Positions 1 through 9,010 of a DNA stretch of 20,000 nt are shown here, piece by piece (position 1 is the first letter of the stretch; every line of letters begins with the position of its first letter). Under the pieces are notes generated by a model. The model was not told the DNA's origin. It was given only the letters and a program-made list of their open reading frames with translations, and searched no databases. The translations under genes and the position numbers were made by a program. The stretch lies in the IMG/VR virus record IMGVR_UViG_3300031555_006527. The stretch is one strand, 5' to 3'. The DNA is from an uncultured virus (IMG/VR IMGVR_UViG_3300031555_006527) (Duplodnaviria; Heunggongvirae; Uroviricota; Caudoviricetes).

Positions 1-92
1 AAGAAGAACTGTCTGCTGCTTATGAAAAACTTCTTAATCTCCAGAAAGAGGATTCTTTAAAAGAAGATACTCATTATCCTCTCACCATGTAA
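1..92 (+). CDS. 3' end of a hypothetical protein (partial), ending ...EELSAAYEKLLNLQKEDSLKEDTHYPLTM
   Basis: Open frame from base 3 to TAA at 90-92; ends in the LTM tail shared with downstream ORFs. Confidence 0.75.
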   Translation, partial: EELSAAYEKLLNLQKEDSLKEDTHYPLTM

Positions 93-95
93 TTT

Positions 96-145
96 TTCTT
101 TAGAATGGTTGGAAAATAGATTTAGACATTCCAACATTTAAAGGA
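96..145. other. Imperfect intergenic inverted repeat/hairpin
   Basis: ttctttagaatggttggaa (96-114) pairs with ttccaacatttaaagga (129-145) with two bulged G on the left arm; no U-tract after it on the + strand. Confidence 0.55.
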
Positions 146-226
146 GAAGGCAGAGAATATATTGAACAACTAATACTTTTTGATGAACTTGTTCAATCAC
201 AAGTAATTACAAAATAGAGGTACTTT

Positions 227-421
227 ATGATAATCAATGAAGAAGAAACCATTGAGTTAGATGGTTTTATTATGAATAATGGAGAAGTTCTAATCTCTGA
301 TTCTTTTGCTATGGGAGATTGGAAAAAAGTAAAAATCCATATTGAACCAAGTATGCTCAAATTCCTTATAGAGGAACATGAACAAAAAATTGAGCAAATT
401 TGTGATATCTCAATATTTTAA
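227..421 (+). CDS. Small hypothetical protein (64 aa)
   Basis: ORF with GAGG RBS upstream; colinear with the array. Confidence 0.7.
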   Translation: MIINEEETIELDGFIMNNGEVLISDSFAMGDWKKVKIHIEPSMLKFLIEEHEQKIEQICDISIF

Positions 422-450
422 ATGTATTTACAACCAGATAGGAGTATTTT

Positions 451-963
451 ATGAAAATTATAGCAGCATTTGATGTCGATGAAGCTAAGCTTAAAGAAAT
501 AGAAAACGGAGACCCTCAAAGTGCTTTTGGGTGGTTAGAAGATTCCGGCTTATATTTAAGACATTATACCGAATTTACAGACGAAGAACGTTTGCCTTCG
601 ATTGAGAATCATCACAGAACGTTTGGCAGTGATAATTATAAAATAATCCAGACGCCATTAAAGGATGAACGCTATGCGTTAGAAGCTGAAGTTTGTGATT
701 CTGGAGATATAGAAGAACTATCCGTAGTTGTCAAAGACACTCAAGAAAATGTTGTTGTTCAAGACGTCTGTATGGTTCGTGCTCCATATAAGTGGTTAAA
801 TGGACTTGCTGTTAGACAAGACGGTATTGAAACTTTAGTATGGGCTGATGAAGAAAATGAAGATTACACTCATAAATTTTTCACAGGCATCAATGAAGAA
901 TACGAACAAAATCTGGAAAAAGATTCTAAAGAAAAACAATCTCAAACTCCAATGACCATGTAA
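451..963 (+). CDS. Acidic hypothetical protein, C-terminal TPMTM tail
   Basis: 170 aa ORF, AGGAG RBS. Confidence 0.85.
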   Translation: MKIIAAFDVDEAKLKEIENGDPQSAFGWLEDSGLYLRHYTEFTDEERLPSIENHHRTFGSDNYKIIQTPLKDERYALEAEVCDSGDIEELSVVVKDTQENVVVQDVCMVRAPYKWLNGLAVRQDGIETLVWADEENEDYTHKFFTGINEEYEQNLEKDSKEKQSQTPMTM

Positions 964-986
964 TTACAAATAAAGAGGTATTCTCT

Positions 987-1184
987 ATGGACAAAGAAAG
1001 TTATTTAAAAGAGTGGTTCCCTACAGAAAAAGAAGCAAACGATTTTGCAAAGAAAGTAAAAGGGAACGTATATGATGCTGATTTTCTAGGTGGATACGAA
1101 GTAATGTATCCAAAAGAAATGGATAAGATTGCTCAGCAAATTTTGTCAGAATACCAAACTAAAACTCCAGCTATGACAATGTAA
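987..1184 (+). CDS. Small hypothetical protein, C-terminal PAMTM tail
   Basis: 65 aa ORF, AGAGG RBS. Confidence 0.8.
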   Translation: MDKESYLKEWFPTEKEANDFAKKVKGNVYDADFLGGYEVMYPKEMDKIAQQILSEYQTKTPAMTM

Positions 1185-1210
1185 TTTTTCGAAGAAAGGT
1201 AAAATATATT

Positions 1211-1573
1211 ATGTTTATTTCTAAAGAAGCTATTAAAGCAGGTCTAAAAGATATGGATTATCTGGGCAATCCTGTGCATAGACCATTACGAGAAGCATTA
1301 GAACAAATGTTAAAGGCCATGGAACACGATAATCGAGATGGTCTCAATTTAATTGACCGTGATTCCTATATTGCAACTGTTCTATGGCAAGAAGAGGATA
1401 TTAAATCTGTTCTTGAAGATAGAGGTTTCCCAACGGATGAAGAGACAGTGACTGAAGTATTAAACCATCTTTCCATTTCTCAACTGGAAGATTGTTCAGA
1501 CGGATTTGATGTTATTCATGCTGCAGTTGATGAATATGCAAGAGCAAATAGTTTACCACGATTTATGAGCTAA
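1211..1573 (+). CDS. Hypothetical protein
   Basis: 120 aa ORF, GAAAGG RBS; ends PRFMS. Confidence 0.8.
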   Translation: MFISKEAIKAGLKDMDYLGNPVHRPLREALEQMLKAMEHDNRDGLNLIDRDSYIATVLWQEEDIKSVLEDRGFPTDEETVTEVLNHLSISQLEDCSDGFDVIHAAVDEYARANSLPRFMS

Positions 1574-1595
1574 GCATAAAGAAAGGACCAATAAA

Positions 1596-2540
1596 ATGAA
1601 TACTTATACAGAACAGCAATTAGCTGTTTTAAATCAAGCAAAAGAAAATGGATATGGCATTTCTCATTTAGTAAACTCAAGATTCAATTCTATGCAATTA
1701 AAAGTACTTGCAGATGCTTATAAAGATGGTTGTGACATTATTCCATATTTACAACCATATTTTTCAGCAAAACATATGCAGTTAATTTCAGATGTTCAAC
1801 GTTTTGGCATTACCGATATTTCTCTTCTCTGTAATCCAAAATATACCGTTGCTCAATTAGAGCGTTTATCTCAAGCTCTTAAAAATGGATACAATATTGA
1901 ACCAGTAGCAAGACCTTATTATTCAGAAGGAATTATGAAAGAATATTTCAGAGGTTGTTATCAAGGAGTAGACTTATCTCCATATTTAAATGACTCTGAA
2001 AATGAACAAGTATTAGCTGCTATTCGTAGATGTCTGGTATGTGGATATGATGTTTCTCCATGTATTAACCATGGATGGGATTTTTTTACTGACGAACAGA
2101 AGTTGTTCCTTTTGAAACAAGTTTCTCAAGGGGAAGATGTTACCAGTTATGCCAATTCTGATTTCTCTATAGAAGAAATGAAGGCTATCAAAGACGCTCA
2201 ATCACAAACCTCTGCATCTACATCAAAACCACAAAAAACTCCGGTACCGGATGAATCTTATGTGGATGCCTTGTATGATTTACTTTCTAACAATACTGTC
2301 ACAACTCAGTTTGAAGATTGCACCGACAATCAAGGCTACGAGGAACAACATACATTATTCTTTCCAAATGGCACAGAATGGCCATCTGAATATTCTCATA
2401 CAGAGAATAGTTATATGGAGAATAGTTCTTTTGATGAACAGATTGCCAGAAATGCAATAAGTATTGCTTGTGTTCTTGGTAAACAACAGGAATTATATGC
2501 AGCTATTGATGACGCTTATAACCTGAAACTTACTAAATAG
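1596..2540 (+). CDS. Protein with about 7 tandem ~26-aa helical repeats plus an acidic C-terminal region
   Basis: Recurring units such as FNSMQLKVLADAYKDGCDIIPYLQPY / YTVAQLERLSQALKNGYNIEPVARPY / FTDEQKLFLLKQVSQGEDVTSYANSD; AAAGGA RBS. Confidence 0.8.
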   Translation: MNTYTEQQLAVLNQAKENGYGISHLVNSRFNSMQLKVLADAYKDGCDIIPYLQPYFSAKHMQLISDVQRFGITDISLLCNPKYTVAQLERLSQALKNGYNIEPVARPYYSEGIMKEYFRGCYQGVDLSPYLNDSENEQVLAAIRRCLVCGYDVSPCINHGWDFFTDEQKLFLLKQVSQGEDVTSYANSDFSIEEMKAIKDAQSQTSASTSKPQKTPVPDESYVDALYDLLSNNTVTTQFEDCTDNQGYEEQHTLFFPNGTEWPSEYSHTENSYMENSSFDEQIARNAISIACVLGKQQELYAAIDDAYNLKLTK

Positions 2541-2559
2541 AAAAAGGAGGAAAACACAA

Positions 2560-2931
2560 ATGATTATTCCAAACTTTCTTGTTGGATATGATAAAGAGCA
2601 AGTTCCGCTATATAGTGGAGATGTAGTCCAATTTGAACTCTGTCCTGATGATTGGAACGAAGACACTAAAACATTAGAAGGTATGATAGTTTATGATGAA
2701 GATGTTTTTGGGTTTGCCTTTTATACGTTAGAAGACGAATATCCGGCAATCTCAATGAATTGTGAGAATATCAATAGAAGCTCTTTACAAAAAATTATCA
2801 ATGGTGTTTCCTTAGACTCTTTTTTGGGGAAACAATTACATCCTGATTGGGCAAATATGTATGACATACATATAAAACACAACCTTTTTAGCTCAGTTGG
2901 ATTACAAAAAAATCAAGCACTTTCAAGATAA
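2560..2931 (+). CDS. YopX-like phage protein (C-terminal YopX-type segment), ends ALSR
   Basis: GYDKEQVPLYSGDVV...GMIVYDEDVFGF resembles the YopX pattern GxxDxxGxxIYEGDIV...GxVxY; strong AAGGAGG RBS. Confidence 0.6.
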   Translation: MIIPNFLVGYDKEQVPLYSGDVVQFELCPDDWNEDTKTLEGMIVYDEDVFGFAFYTLEDEYPAISMNCENINRSSLQKIINGVSLDSFLGKQLHPDWANMYDIHIKHNLFSSVGLQKNQALSR

Positions 2932-2948
2932 AACAGGAGATTATTTTT

Positions 2949-3464
2949 ATGGAGAAATACTTCGAAATTCAAAAAGACAGTCCTTTTTACCAGACTTATT
3001 TTTCATGGATAGAAGACAGAAAAAGAATAAACAGAGCTTTTGGCATTATAAGAGAAGATTTTGGCATAGAAACCAAGGAATACTACCCAAGAAAAGACAC
3101 ATTACAGATAGTTCCTACGCAACAAGATAAACTAAATTTTAAGGACCAGTTAATGAAAAGTGATTATGGTGCTTTCAAAAAGAACTCTGAAGTAAGTAAA
3201 GCTTGGCGAGACAGAATGACTGACGTAAACCTTATCCATAAACCTATGGTTGGTTATCATGTCAGTGTATATGGTCGTTGGTCCGAGCAATTATTCCACA
3301 TTGACGATACTTTGTACGGAAAAATAGAAACAAATTCTGAAATCTCATTGCCGGATTTTTGTATTCCGATGAAAGCCAGCGAATATTACCGGATTATGGA
3401 AGAGGCGGAAGAAAGAGAAAAATCTGAAGAGGAGCAGGAACAAGCTCCAGCATTAACGATGTAA
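2949..3464 (+). CDS. Phage-type hypothetical protein with Glu-rich linker and PALTM tail
   Basis: 171 aa ORF, AGGAG RBS. Confidence 0.85.
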   Translation: MEKYFEIQKDSPFYQTYFSWIEDRKRINRAFGIIREDFGIETKEYYPRKDTLQIVPTQQDKLNFKDQLMKSDYGAFKKNSEVSKAWRDRMTDVNLIHKPMVGYHVSVYGRWSEQLFHIDDTLYGKIETNSEISLPDFCIPMKASEYYRIMEEAEEREKSEEEQEQAPALTM

Positions 3465-3483
3465 TAATTATTAAACACTTCTA

Positions 3484-3523
3484 TTCCAGAGCACTCTGAT
3501 TGGCGTCAGGGTGTCTTCTGGAA
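3484..3523. other. Intergenic stem-loop without U-tract
   Basis: ttccaga/tctggaa outer stem and gcactctga/tcagggtgt inner stem (two G-U pairs), 2-nt bulge, 6-nt loop; possible extra pairing aaacact (3473-3479)/agtgttt (3536-3542). Confidence 0.65.
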
Positions 3524-3562
3524 CTATGAAGTTATAGTGTTTTCAATTTGAAAGTTAATTCT

Positions 3563-3979
3563 ATGAAAAAATTAGTTAATACAATATTTACGTTCGCAAA
3601 CAAGTTAGATAAAACCGAACAAGCTTATGTAACGAAAGTCCAAGAACGTTTAAAAAAGTATGAATCATTAGAAGAACAAAATAGATTAGCCACTTTACCA
3701 TGTGCTTGTGGTGATAAGTTATATGAAATTGTTTCCGTAAGAGCTAAAAAAGGAAATAACGTTCATTATGACATAAAAGAAATTATTGTTCAAAGCATTG
3801 AATTAAGTCGTTATCAAAATTACGTAATAGATACAGAGGATAATCGTATCAATTTTAAAGAATTTGGTAACACTGTTTTCCTTACTTTAGAAGCAGCTAC
3901 AGCTCGTAAAAACACACTAAATGCGATGAATGGTTTAGAAGAAGAGAATCAACAAAATGAAACAGTATTTTCAAGATAA
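3563..3979 (+). CDS. Hypothetical protein with LPCxxGD...VFLTxExA module; paralog of the next gene; ends VFSR
   Basis: ORF track starts at TTG 3548; ATG 3563 with GAAAG upstream is more likely; IFTFANKLD shared with the next ORF. Confidence 0.8.
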   Translation: MKKLVNTIFTFANKLDKTEQAYVTKVQERLKKYESLEEQNRLATLPCACGDKLYEIVSVRAKKGNNVHYDIKEIIVQSIELSRYQNYVIDTEDNRINFKEFGNTVFLTLEAATARKNTLNAMNGLEEENQQNETVFSR

Positions 3980-3989
3980 GGAATCCTTT

Positions 3990-4415
3990 ATGAGTAAACG
4001 TTCTATTTTTACATTTGCAAATAAATTAGACATATCCGAACAACGTTATATTGAAAAAATACAAGAAGAATTAAATCGATATAAAGAGTTAGAAGAATCC
4101 GGCCATTTAAAAATTTTCCCTTGTAAAGCAGGAGATACTGTTTGGAATCTAATAGTAACACAAACCATTGATTATCCCGACGGTAAATTCCAAACATGGG
4201 ATGTTGTAGAATCTAGAGTAGAATCCCTTATTTCTCGTAACAAAAAAGATGAAGTTTGGATGAGAACAAAAGAAGCAACACCAAGAAGCTGTGTGGTAGG
4301 AACTGACAGATTCCACGAACTTGTATTTTTCTCCTCTGAAGAAGCTTTTGCCAAAAGAGACGAATTAAATCAAGAGTCTTTAAATCAATACAAAACACAA
4401 TCACTTTCCAGATAA
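3990..4415 (+). CDS. Hypothetical protein with FPCKAGD...VFFSSEEA module; ends SLSR
   Basis: ATG 3990 preceded by AAGGA overlapping the previous stop (track start 3957 overlaps the upstream gene). Confidence 0.8.
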   Translation: MSKRSIFTFANKLDISEQRYIEKIQEELNRYKELEESGHLKIFPCKAGDTVWNLIVTQTIDYPDGKFQTWDVVESRVESLISRNKKDEVWMRTKEATPRSCVVGTDRFHELVFFSSEEAFAKRDELNQESLNQYKTQSLSR

Positions 4416-4428
4416 TAAAGGAGGCTAT

Positions 4429-4704
4429 ATGAAAGATTATTTACTTACTATTAAAAATACCGACTATTCCTTTATTGTATCTGCTAAAGATGCTAAAGAT
4501 GCCATTCAGACTCTTTGGGAAAAAATAACCGCTGAAGATTTTCCAATGTCAATAATTAAAACAGACCTTCAAGCAAGAAGTTTAGGCAGTCTTCACACAG
4601 AATATGGAAAAATCATTGATTTACATCCGGAATTAAAAGAAGCGAAAAAAGAAGAAGAGGAAGAAGATGATTTTTCTAACTCTGTCTATAATTTTTCCAT
4701 CTAA
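4429..4704 (+). CDS. Hypothetical protein with poly-Glu linker; ends NFSI
   Basis: 91 aa ORF, AAGGAGG RBS. Confidence 0.8.
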   Translation: MKDYLLTIKNTDYSFIVSAKDAKDAIQTLWEKITAEDFPMSIIKTDLQARSLGSLHTEYGKIIDLHPELKEAKKEEEEEDDFSNSVYNFSI

Positions 4705-4761
4705 TCAAAAATCAAGGTTAATTATTTATATCCAGTATTTTCAAAACAAAAGGAATTAAAT

Positions 4762-5049
4762 ATGCCCAAAGATAGCTTACAACTTTATGGAATTCCACTT
4801 ATTTATTATAACGAAGATAATGTTCCGGAACGTGGAAACACTGTTTTTGCATTAAGTGATGAAGATTTAACACAAGTATCTTCTTGGAAAATTAAAGAAC
4901 ATTATCTAGTCCAAGAAGCTCTAGACACTTATGATTGTGAAGATATTGGTCAAATCTATCAACTCACAACCCTTGATAGAAAACTTTTAGAAGCAGAAGG
5001 CGAAGATATTTTAGACTTAACCTCTAATAGTTTATCCCTAACAAGATAA
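4762..5049 (+). CDS. Acidic hypothetical protein; ends SLTR
   Basis: 95 aa ORF, AAGGA RBS. Confidence 0.8.
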   Translation: MPKDSLQLYGIPLIYYNEDNVPERGNTVFALSDEDLTQVSSWKIKEHYLVQEALDTYDCEDIGQIYQLTTLDRKLLEAEGEDILDLTSNSLSLTR

Positions 5050-5062
5050 GGAGGAATACCTT

Positions 5063-5446
5063 ATGAATTCTAATCATCCAATTTTAAATATTATAGCTAA
5101 ATACGAACAAAAATTAAATAATTTATCCGTGCATTTGGCATGGGTAGATGAAAAACCTGCAATAAGTAAAAAAGCAGTGCAAAATTTATTCAAGCAATTG
5201 AAGCAGGAAATAGTTTCTTATATCCCTTCTTTATCAAATGATGACCAATTGCTATTAGAAGAATATCAAAAATTAGGAACTGTAGAAGAACTTCAAAATG
5301 CTTTAGAATTGGCAAAAAATTTACAGCAAGCTTTACAACATTCTCATTCTCAGGATAGAGATGAGGCAGCTATAGATGCTTATTTAGAATATCTTAGAAA
5401 ACAGGAAGAACTAACTAATTCTTCCCCAAAAGAAATTTCAAGATAA
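5063..5446 (+). CDS. Helical hypothetical protein with YxxLGTVEEL module; ends EISR
   Basis: 127 aa ORF, AAGGAGG RBS. Confidence 0.8.
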   Translation: MNSNHPILNIIAKYEQKLNNLSVHLAWVDEKPAISKKAVQNLFKQLKQEIVSYIPSLSNDDQLLLEEYQKLGTVEELQNALELAKNLQQALQHSHSQDRDEAAIDAYLEYLRKQEELTNSSPKEISR

Positions 5447-5456
5447 GGTTTTCACT

Positions 5457-6566
5457 ATGAAAATATCAAAAATCGTATTAACAGGTGGCCCATGTGCCGG
5501 GAAATCAACCTCAATGAGTTTAGTTCAAACCGAATTTGAAAATAAAGGATATCGAGTTTTATTTGTTCCTGAAACAGCAACTGAGCTAATTCTAGGAGGT
5601 ATTTCCGGAACTACTTGTCAAGATATTGTAGACTTTCAGACCTATATTATGCGTCTTCAGTTAGAAAAAGAGCATATCTTTGAAGAAGCTGCTAAAAAAA
5701 TGGATTGTGATAAAGTCCTTATTATTTGTGATAGAGGTGCTTTAGATGGAAAGGCTTTTGTTACAGAAGAACAATTTAAGCAAGTCTTAAAAAATCTTAA
5801 TAAAAATGAAGTAGAACTTCGTGATGAATATGATGCGGTATTTCATTTAGTGACTGCTGCCAAAGGTGCGGAAGAGTTTTATACCTTAGAAAATAATGCC
5901 GCAAGAAGAGAAACCACGGAAGAAGCTATTGAGGCTGATGCAAAATTAGTTTCTGCATGGACTGGACATCCTCATTTAAGAGTTATTGATAACTCAACAG
6001 ATTTTTCTGAGAAAATGAGAAGAACAATTGCTGAAATTTCCTCCTTTTTAGGAGAACCAGAACCATTGGAAATTGAACGTAAGTTTTTGATTGAATACCC
6101 TGATTTAGACTGGTTAGAACAAAATCCAAATTGTCAACGAGTAGAAATAATACAAACATATTTAAATGCTCCAGAAGGAGAAGAATCTCGCATTCGACAG
6201 AGAGGTATTAACGGGCATTATACCTATTCTCAAACTACAAAGAAAAAAATTTCTGATATAAAACGGATTGAAACAGAACGTAGAATTTCTAAAGAAGAAT
6301 ATTTAGAACTACTAATGGACGCAGACCCAGAAAAAAGACCAATTAGAAAAACGAGATATTGTTTAACTCATGAAAATCAATATTTTGAAATTGATACCTA
6401 TCCTTTCTGGAAAAAGAAAGCAATTATGGAAATTGAATTAAGTGATGAAAATCAAAGTATTTCATTTCCAGAACAAATCAAAATTATTAAAGAGGTAACA
6501 GAAGATAATTCTTATAAAAATGCTTCTTTAGCTTCTGTTTCTAATTTTTCAACAATGCCTTTATAA
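5457..6566 (+). CDS. NadR/Ttd14-type P-loop (AAA_28) domain fused to a CYTH domain
   Basis: Walker A KIVLTGGPCAGKST, IICDRGALD, then CYTH signature EIERKFL, IIQTYL, RIRQR, KTRY, FEID, EIE. Confidence 0.85.
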   Translation: MKISKIVLTGGPCAGKSTSMSLVQTEFENKGYRVLFVPETATELILGGISGTTCQDIVDFQTYIMRLQLEKEHIFEEAAKKMDCDKVLIICDRGALDGKAFVTEEQFKQVLKNLNKNEVELRDEYDAVFHLVTAAKGAEEFYTLENNAARRETTEEAIEADAKLVSAWTGHPHLRVIDNSTDFSEKMRRTIAEISSFLGEPEPLEIERKFLIEYPDLDWLEQNPNCQRVEIIQTYLNAPEGEESRIRQRGINGHYTYSQTTKKKISDIKRIETERRISKEEYLELLMDADPEKRPIRKTRYCLTHENQYFEIDTYPFWKKKAIMEIELSDENQSISFPEQIKIIKEVTEDNSYKNASLASVSNFSTMPL

Positions 6567-6600
6567 AACGTATTTTCAAGTGCTTTAGAAAGAGGTTTTT

Positions 6601-7350
6601 ATGGAATATTTTCGCAAAGATTCTAAAACAAACGCCATTTTATTTACGAGAGATAATTTTGATGAAATTCGGAAGATGACAAAAGGAAATGCTTTTGATT
6701 TTACCATTGAAAGAAGACCGGATGGAGCTTGTTATTTTTCTCTTGCCGTTCCGGGTCATGGAATTCAGAGAATATACGAAAACAATTATCTTATTTTTTC
6801 CGAAACTGGTTCTTTTCTTAAAGCTGTTCCTAAAAAACAGTTTGAAGAAGATTATGTCTCCATGTCTCAGGCAACCACGCCTGTTGATTTACAAGTTTTT
6901 CAGGATTTATTAGAGAACTTAAAGAGCGAAAGAACTATATATGCAAACCCTATTGGAACCGATAGCGATGCAGAATATTATCGTTATGAAGGCAAAGTAG
7001 AAGGCTTAGATTATGCCATCTGCAAAGTAGAACAAATAACAACTTCAATGAAAGAGTCTTCCTCGTTTCTTCCAAAATGTAATATTGGAGACCATGTTCA
7101 TTTTATGGACGAATTTTATAATCAAGTCTTTCTATTAGATGTTACCGGAATAATAATTTCAAAAGGTGTGAAAGGTCCAATATATCAATATAATTGTTGC
7201 CTTTATGATTCTTATGGAGACCCCGTTGAAGAGTATGAATTCGAAACTGATGACTTTGATAAAGTAGTCTTCCTAAATGAATCAGATGCACAAAAAATGT
7301 TAGAAAAAAGAAACCAACAAAAAATGAATCCACCAATATTTTCAAGATAA
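6601..7350 (+). CDS. Mosaic phage-type hypothetical protein with C-terminal LPKCNIGD...VFLNESDA module; ends IFSR
   Basis: 249 aa ORF, AGAGG RBS. Confidence 0.8.
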   Translation: MEYFRKDSKTNAILFTRDNFDEIRKMTKGNAFDFTIERRPDGACYFSLAVPGHGIQRIYENNYLIFSETGSFLKAVPKKQFEEDYVSMSQATTPVDLQVFQDLLENLKSERTIYANPIGTDSDAEYYRYEGKVEGLDYAICKVEQITTSMKESSSFLPKCNIGDHVHFMDEFYNQVFLLDVTGIIISKGVKGPIYQYNCCLYDSYGDPVEEYEFETDDFDKVVFLNESDAQKMLEKRNQQKMNPPIFSR

Positions 7351-7361
7351 GGAGTTTATAT

Positions 7362-7619
7362 ATGGCAGGACACATTATAGACAAAGACAATACACTAAAA
7401 GCTTTACGCTCCATAAACAGTTTGCTTGGACAATCTTTAATGATTATCAAAAAAGTAAATGAAGATGAACAATGGGATTTTTGTACCGATGCACATCTGG
7501 CAGAAGAAATTTCTACTGCAGAAAGATTGATTGGAGATATTTCCAAAATAGTTTTTCAAGAAGAAAATTCACAAACAGAAACGGAACACAATTCTTTTAA
7601 CGATTCTTTTTACAGGTAA
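7362..7619 (+). CDS. Small hypothetical protein; ends SFYR
   Basis: 85 aa ORF, AAGGAG RBS overlapping the previous stop. Confidence 0.8.
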   Translation: MAGHIIDKDNTLKALRSINSLLGQSLMIIKKVNEDEQWDFCTDAHLAEEISTAERLIGDISKIVFQEENSQTETEHNSFNDSFYR

Positions 7620-7634
7620 GGAGCTTTATGATTT

Positions 7635-8351
7635 ATGGAACAAAAATTATATTATTATTGCATTTCTCCAAATGAAGGTTTAATTCAAAAAGAATATGAG
7701 GTTACCTTCCGTCATGATAATTTTAACGGAGATGTATACGAAAAAGTTGGATGGAGTCCTATGCCAGAACCGTACACATATGGCATAAAGACTAAAGAAA
7801 TTGAAAAAGTTGATAATCGATATCTGTCAGTATGTTTATTGGAAGATAATCCTTTAAAAGCTATTTCCCTCTTGCAGACGACAATCCGAAAGAAAATGTA
7901 TCCATTACAAAAAATGTTTGAATTTCTAGAACAAGAAGAACTCAAAATTCAAGATAAGGCAGACCAAATAGAACTTGAAGAAATGAAAAAGCTACAGAAT
8001 CGTTTTAACGAGCTTATAGACACTTTGGAAACTATGTATACAATGCCAGAATATACTTATAAAATGCTTTATTTTCTTGATGGGCTGAGTGATAGACAAA
8101 TTTGGTCCAACTTTAAGCATCGTCAGCAAGACGGTATTCTTCCGGTAACTATATCTACATATTTAACAAGAAAGAACAACAATGATATTTATCGTGCTGT
8201 TGCAATTTATGATGACAGTTCTGCAGAGTATCCGATTATTACTTGGCATGGTTCATTAGAGGAGTTTGAAGCTATCGTAAAACAATACATTCCGGAAGCT
8301 TTGGAGTATACAGAAGAATTCAATAAAACATTAGAAGGAATACAAAAATGA
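7635..8351 (+). CDS. Hypothetical protein
   Basis: 238 aa ORF, AAGGAG RBS; stop overlaps the next start (ATGA). Confidence 0.8.
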   Translation: MEQKLYYYCISPNEGLIQKEYEVTFRHDNFNGDVYEKVGWSPMPEPYTYGIKTKEIEKVDNRYLSVCLLEDNPLKAISLLQTTIRKKMYPLQKMFEFLEQEELKIQDKADQIELEEMKKLQNRFNELIDTLETMYTMPEYTYKMLYFLDGLSDRQIWSNFKHRQQDGILPVTISTYLTRKNNNDIYRAVAIYDDSSAEYPIITWHGSLEEFEAIVKQYIPEALEYTEEFNKTLEGIQK

Positions 8352-8677
8352 CAAAAGAAAACATTATAAAAACTTTGGAATACACAAAAAGAAATTGCGG
8401 TCTCCCTGAACAAGGAGATGGCTGGAGTCCTAATGCAGAAACTAAAGCATTAGATATCGCCATTGACTGTGTAAATCTAGTAGACCAATATAAAGAACTT
8501 GGTTCTCCTTCTGAATTACGTGCGGCATTGGAATTCATTAAAGAAGTTAAAAATGCATTAGAACAAGATTGTGCTTATCCAGAAGATATAGAATTTAATA
8601 TTCGAGATGCTTATCAGGAGTATATGGACGAACTGCAGTTATCAAAAGATTATTATGCAGAACAACAAGGACGGTAA
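8348..8677 (+). CDS. Hypothetical protein with ALDIAID and YKELGSPSEL modules; ends QQGR
   Basis: 109 aa ORF, translationally coupled to the upstream gene. Confidence 0.8.
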   Translation: MTKENIIKTLEYTKRNCGLPEQGDGWSPNAETKALDIAIDCVNLVDQYKELGSPSELRAALEFIKEVKNALEQDCAYPEDIEFNIRDAYQEYMDELQLSKDYYAEQQGR

Positions 8678-8683
8678 CGTATT

Positions 8684-8959
8684 ATGCTTAATAAAGGTTC
8701 AAAAATTTATTACATAGACTATGAAGAATCTGAGGCTTCATATACTATAATTGCAATGCAATTTGTTAAAAATCATGAATTTTATCCGGATGGAATTTTA
8801 TATACGGTTCATTCAGATAGTTTTTCTCAAAGTTCAGGCTATTATCCGATGCATGAATACAGTATTGACAAAGAAGATGGAAGGTTTTTTACAACCCCTG
8901 AAAAAGCACATGATGCTTACGAAGCTTTTTTAAAACAGAAATCTAATCTACGGAGGTGA
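8684..8959 (+). CDS. Hypothetical protein, divergent member of the GxxxY...FFTTPEKA module family; ends NLRR
   Basis: 91 aa ORF starting 7 nt after the previous stop. Confidence 0.75.
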   Translation: MLNKGSKIYYIDYEESEASYTIIAMQFVKNHEFYPDGILYTVHSDSFSQSSGYYPMHEYSIDKEDGRFFTTPEKAHDAYEAFLKQKSNLRR

Positions 8960-9010
8960 TTTTATGAATAAACCCGGCATAGATAACTTTATAAGAAAGG
9001 AAAAACCATT

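Noticed and set aside
7947..7959. ATTCAAGATAAGG inside ORF 7635 resembling the tag-stop junction
   Set aside because: Read as I-Q-D-K within a continuous ORF; a single near-match is plausible by chance in AT-rich DNA
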